A stretch of 64,000 nt of DNA, from the NCBI GenBank assembly GCA_016716465.1, contig JADJWH010000007.1, positions 143,427 through 207,426 of the forward strand. Direction: 5' to 3'. Shown here in pieces: positions 60,362-64,000 of the stretch (position 1 is the stretch's first letter; each line of letters opens with the position of its first letter). Source of the DNA: Gammaproteobacteria bacterium. GTDB lineage: Bacteria > Pseudomonadota > Gammaproteobacteria > SZUA-140. The notes beneath the pieces were generated by a model. It searched no databases and was not told where the DNA came from. It worked only from the letters and a program-made list of their open reading frames with translations. The translations under genes and the position numbers were made by a program.

Positions 60362-62890
60362 TCAGATGGTCAGGGGGACCATGGTGCATGCGGGCATAGA
60401 CCAGTCTGAGATACCATCGGCATTATAAGCGCGAAGCTTAAAGCAGATATTATCCCCGGGTTTCATGCCTAAATCATACCAGGAGTCATACTGTATAGCC
60501 GGATTCACGGGGTCAAAGCTCCCGGCGAATGCCTGAATATTCGTGGTTTCGGTGGTGACCGCATTTTCGCTGGGGCCGAAATAGACGATATAGCCCTGTA
60601 TGGAATCAGAATTGGGTGACCAGGTGAGCGTTAATGTGGTGTTTGTAACATCAGCCTGATCATCTATGTTGCCAGACAGGATCTCGATCGAGTTGAGATT
60701 GAAGCTACCATTGTCCACCTGCATGCGCAGCACGTGCAGGCCGGCGCTGAGATTGACGGATTTCCTGACGGTCTGCCAGGTTTGCCAGCCGCCGGTGTTG
60801 GGGATGGCAATCGCGCCGGTAAGATCGCTGCCATCCACCAGGATGCGAGCCAGTTTTCCACTGTCGGCGGTGGCCACACGCAGGTTTATGGTATAGGTTC
60901 CGGTAGTGGTCACGTTGACGGTATATTCCAGCCACTCCCCGGCCTGGGTAGTGCCCACCATGTAGCCTCCGCCAATGTCGGTGGAGACCCAGATGTCCAC
61001 ATTGTCGCTGCGCAGATAACCGCCAGAGTTGCCGTTGGTAGTGTCGGAGTAGGCAACCCCGTCACCGCCTTCGTCGTAATACTCGGCCTCGATCAGGCCC
61101 GGAACCGTCCAGGGCGTCCCGCCATGAGGTTTTTGTAGGGGGTCAATGACTACCACCGGCGTCGTTTGCGTCCCATTGGTCTGTCCGCTGGAGCTGTCAG
61201 CCGTGATCTTGATCGAATTGAGGTTGAAGCTGCCGTTGTCGACCTGCACACGCAGGACATGCAGGCCGGATCCAAGATTGACGGATTTTCCTACGGTCTG
61301 CCAGGTTTGCCAGCCGCCAGTGTTGGGGACCGCAATCGACCCGGTAAGGTCGCTGCCGTCCAGCAGGACGCGGGCCAGTTTACCGTCTTCGGCGGAGGCC
61401 ACACGCAGGTTGATGACGTAGGCACCGGTGTTGACCACGTTGACGGTATATTCCAGCCATTCCCCGGTCTTTGTCGTACCCACCATGTAGCCACCGCCTG
61501 TATCGGTGGAGACCCAGATGTCCACATTGTCGCTGCGCAGATAGCCGCCGGCATTGCCGAGGGTGGTGTCGGAGTAGGCGACCCCGTCACCGCCTTCGTC
61601 GTAAAACTCGGCCTCGATCAGGCCCGGAACCGTCCAGGGTGTCCCGCCATAGGCTCGTTGCGCGGAGTCGGTGGCGGGTCCCACGGGGATACTGCTTATT
61701 ACCTGTTCCACAACCGCGGTTTCCTCGGTATTGGCCGGATTGAGGATTTCCGACATGGCATCGTCGAGCAAGCTGGTGTTGTTTGCCGCGGCCAGATTGA
61801 TGGCGATTTCCTGCGCTGTGCTGCCGACTTCAATAGTGGTGATGCTGGTCTGAATATCTGCGAGCCCCGCACTGGGGGCAATGACAGCAGCTACAGCGAG
61901 AGCGGTCTGTACGTTCTGCAAAATTTCCATGTTAACTGGAAGTTCCCCCGTTGTCTCGGTCGCGGTGGGCATAATCGCCTTGATCGAGTCATCCAGTTGA
62001 CTGGTGGCCGGAGCATTATTCACTTGCAGGTTATTGCTAAGGGCTTCAATTAGTACTTGCCCGGAAGCAACTGTTGCAGTTGCAGAAACTGTGGTGTCAG
62101 CCCCTGAGGCTCCCTTGCCATCGAGCACGCCATCCGTCATATCGGCGGCGAGGCTCTCAATCAAGGTGTTTTGAGTAACCTCACTATTGACGCTGGAAAG
62201 GGCGGAATAGTTCCTTCGAATTATCTCCGCGAGCACCTCGCTCGATTTGACGACGGTCGCGACATTCTGCTCGGTTACGGGTGTCGTGATTGGATTCGGC
62301 ATCTTCTTGGTATCCAGGCCGGCATTGAAGCCCGCAAGGATGTTCCGATTGGCCGTGACCAGATTCGCGGGGGTCAGGCCCGAGGGCATTTTCTGCGCCG
62401 TCTTCACGATCAGTGTGGAGAATGGGTTGATGTTCGCCGTGGTCTCCTGCGTGCTCATCACGGTGCTGACCATATTGAAGGTCGGCTCGGCATTGGTGAC
62501 CAGGTCGGTGCCGCCGCTGGAAGAGATCGTCACCGGGAATGCCGTGCCGGCGGGAATGTTGGCGGAGTAGCGGGCCTGGTAGTCGCTGTAGACCTTCGCC
62601 AGTTCCTGCCCTCCGGCGTCCCTGATGGTGATGGCGGCCCCGATCACGGGGCCATCGACGATGCTCCCGCTGATGGTGATCTGGGAATCGCTGCGCGATA
62701 CTCCCTGGATCGTGGCGGTTCCGGTTTGTCCGTTGCTGTCGTTTTCACCATTGGTGGAACCCAGGATGACACCGGTCTCATGGTTTTCGCCCGATGCTGA
62801 ATCATCCCCGCCTCCGCAGGCCGTCAGTGTGCCGACTAGAAATAATATGGAGGAGAGCGAGATCAGCCTGATCTTTGCGGGACGAAACAT
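60362..62890 (-). CDS. Lipoprotein with a roughly 450-aa low-complexity Thr/Ser/Ala/Asn-rich region, two CBM6 modules and a C-terminal FN3-like module
   Basis: Lipobox LVGTLTAC. CBM6 consensus twice (GGTPWTVPGLIEAE.YDEGGDGVAYSDTT.GN.GGYLRSDNVDIWVSTD). C-terminal WSPNSDSIQGYIVYFGP...CFKLRAYNADGISDWS. Confidence 0.75.
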   Translation of the reverse strand: MFRPAKIRLISLSSILFLVGTLTACGGGDDSASGENHETGVILGSTNGENDSNGQTGTATIQGVSRSDSQITISGSIVDGPVIGAAITIRDAGGQELAKVYSDYQARYSANIPAGTAFPVTISSSGGTDLVTNAEPTFNMVSTVMSTQETTANINPFSTLIVKTAQKMPSGLTPANLVTANRNILAGFNAGLDTKKMPNPITTPVTEQNVATVVKSSEVLAEIIRRNYSALSSVNSEVTQNTLIESLAADMTDGVLDGKGASGADTTVSATATVASGQVLIEALSNNLQVNNAPATSQLDDSIKAIMPTATETTGELPVNMEILQNVQTALAVAAVIAPSAGLADIQTSITTIEVGSTAQEIAINLAAANNTSLLDDAMSEILNPANTEETAVVEQVISSIPVGPATDSAQRAYGGTPWTVPGLIEAEFYDEGGDGVAYSDTTLGNAGGYLRSDNVDIWVSTDTGGGYMVGTTKTGEWLEYTVNVVNTGAYVINLRVASAEDGKLARVLLDGSDLTGSIAVPNTGGWQTWQTVGKSVNLGSGLHVLRVQVDNGSFNLNSIKITADSSSGQTNGTQTTPVVVIDPLQKPHGGTPWTVPGLIEAEYYDEGGDGVAYSDTTNGNSGGYLRSDNVDIWVSTDIGGGYMVGTTQAGEWLEYTVNVTTTGTYTINLRVATADSGKLARILVDGSDLTGAIAIPNTGGWQTWQTVRKSVNLSAGLHVLRMQVDNGSFNLNSIEILSGNIDDQADVTNTTLTLTWSPNSDSIQGYIVYFGPSENAVTTETTNIQAFAGSFDPVNPAIQYDSWYDLGMKPGDNICFKLRAYNADGISDWSMPACTMVPLTI

Positions 62891-63272
62891 TCAGTCTTAC
62901 CTTTGGGTTCGCGGCCATGTTCAGGACCTGTTACCTAGCAGCCGTATGTTGCCCGGGTTCGTCGCAGGCTTCCGTGAGGGGGTTCATCGGGGAGCTGTGA
63001 GATCAGTCACAGATCGGGAATCCCATGTGGAAAAGGCCGGGTTTCCAGGGGTGGAACTGCTTGTTCGCACGATGATATGACCGCAAACCCTCCCGTCACG
63101 GGAAGGCGGGGTCATGCTGTGTTAGCGTGTTGAGACCGGAACTGGCGCACACTTTCGCATGGTGTGCGGGAAACCCGGATCGCGTTCAGAGCTGTTTCAG
63201 CCGGCGGGTGTGGAAATGCTGAACTGGCGCGATCGAACGGTATGGCGCCGTTCGTGGAGGAATATCAGGGAA

Positions 63273-63776
63273 TCAGGTGTAGGTGAAGCACACGGCGTCG
63301 GAGAAATCGGAAGTGCCTTCGGCGTTGTAGGCCTTGATCCGGAAGCAGGAGGCGTCGCCGGTATTCAATCCGAGATCCAGCGTGGGGTCGTAATGAACCG
63401 TGGTCTCCAGCGTGATGGCCAGCAAGGCCGTGGCACTCTCCGGCGTGGGTCCGTGAAAGATCATGTAGCCGTCGATGAAGCCGGTGCTCGGGCGCCAGGA
63501 TAGAGTGAGGGTGTACGGTGATTCCTGTTGCTCGGCATCCGAATCCAGATCGGAGTAGTCGTCCAGATCGTAGTCCGAAGAATCGTTCTGGGCCACGTCG
63601 TCCGGATCCTCACGGGTATCCTGGCCGCCGGGCAGCATGACGACACCTGTGCTTCTTGTGCCGGATGTGTTCGGGCTGTTATTGTCGTAGCAACCGGTAA
63701 GCAGTGCGAAAGCGACGAGGATCAGAAGGCCCTGAACGTATGTGGTGAGAGGGTGGTGTGATGACATGCTCAACAA
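63273..63776 (-). CDS. Small lipoprotein with an acidic linker and an FN3-like module paralogous to the C-terminus of the upstream lipoprotein
   Basis: Lipobox ALLTGC. DYDLDDYSDLDSD acidic stretch. FIDGYMIFHGP...CFRIKAYNAEGTSDFS matches the FN3 end of the gene at 60362. Confidence 0.6.
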   Translation of the reverse strand: MLSMSSHHPLTTYVQGLLILVAFALLTGCYDNNSPNTSGTRSTGVVMLPGGQDTREDPDDVAQNDSSDYDLDDYSDLDSDAEQQESPYTLTLSWRPSTGFIDGYMIFHGPTPESATALLAITLETTVHYDPTLDLGLNTGDASCFRIKAYNAEGTSDFSDAVCFTYT

Positions 63777-64000
63777 TTTTTCATCTTTGACGATTTGTTA
63801 AAGTGGGTATCGGCAGGATTGAGAAATCAGCTTAATTCATACAAATCCGTTTGTTCGTAATCCCTGTGTGTCGAGTCGAGGGAATTGCCTGTCGGTGCGC
63901 TGGTCTAACTGGTTGATTTTTGGTGATGTAATTCTATTGGATGTCAGAACCGCTATATATAGTGGTTTAGAAATTGACCACATACTATATACATGGTTAC

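Noticed and set aside
63148-63170. 7-bp-stem hairpin CGCACAC-N9-GTGTGCG in the spacer between the two minus-strand lipoprotein genes
   Set aside because: It is not followed by a U-run on either strand, so it is not called as an intrinsic terminator. It may be an incidental or regulatory stem.

Overview
This window is a high-GC (roughly 60-65%) Gram-negative locus for building, exporting and remodelling a surface polysaccharide. I found no rRNA, tRNA, CRISPR array, transposase or integrase.

The left part (3-6678) is a Wza/Wzc-type exopolysaccharide core of the kind seen in PEP-CTERM/exosortase loci: a truncated polyprenyl glycosylphosphotransferase, a Wza-like export protein, an outer-membrane beta-barrel, a Wzz/Wzc-type chain-length determinant, a separate BY-kinase ATPase and an ExeA-like AAA ATPase.

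Next come a CDP-sugar modification operon (6778-11616) with a SAM C-methyltransferase, an ABC export pair (Wzm plus a Wzt with a C-terminal glycan-binding domain, 11640-13871), and accessory enzymes.

The remaining ~45 kb is an accessory region. It holds six predicted sulfotransferases scattered among about ten glycosyltransferases, a Wzy-like membrane protein, an asparagine-synthase-like amidotransferase and a hexapeptide acetyltransferase. It also holds several large secreted multi-modular proteins built from CBM6 carbohydrate-binding modules, cadherin-like Ig modules and FG-GAP beta-propellers.

The most notable protein is a 2376-aa secreted polypeptide (22243-29373, minus strand) that fuses a formylglycine-type sulfatase, an SGNH/GDSL esterase, three CBM6 modules and four Ig modules. 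Other points of interest are three paralogous FG-GAP + ASPIC/UnbV (CRTAC1-like) proteins, a perfectly identical 636-bp tandem duplication inside a CBM6 gene, and a ~12.6-kb low-GC (about 40%) island of glycosyltransferase genes (47752-60350) that is probably horizontally acquired.

The overall picture suggests a sulfated, acetylated and possibly amidated exopolysaccharide with dedicated extracellular enzymes that edit its sulfation and acetylation. I know of no genetically defined bacterial system of this kind. All functions are inferred from motifs read by eye; coordinates of starts are approximate where TTG/GTG alternatives exist.
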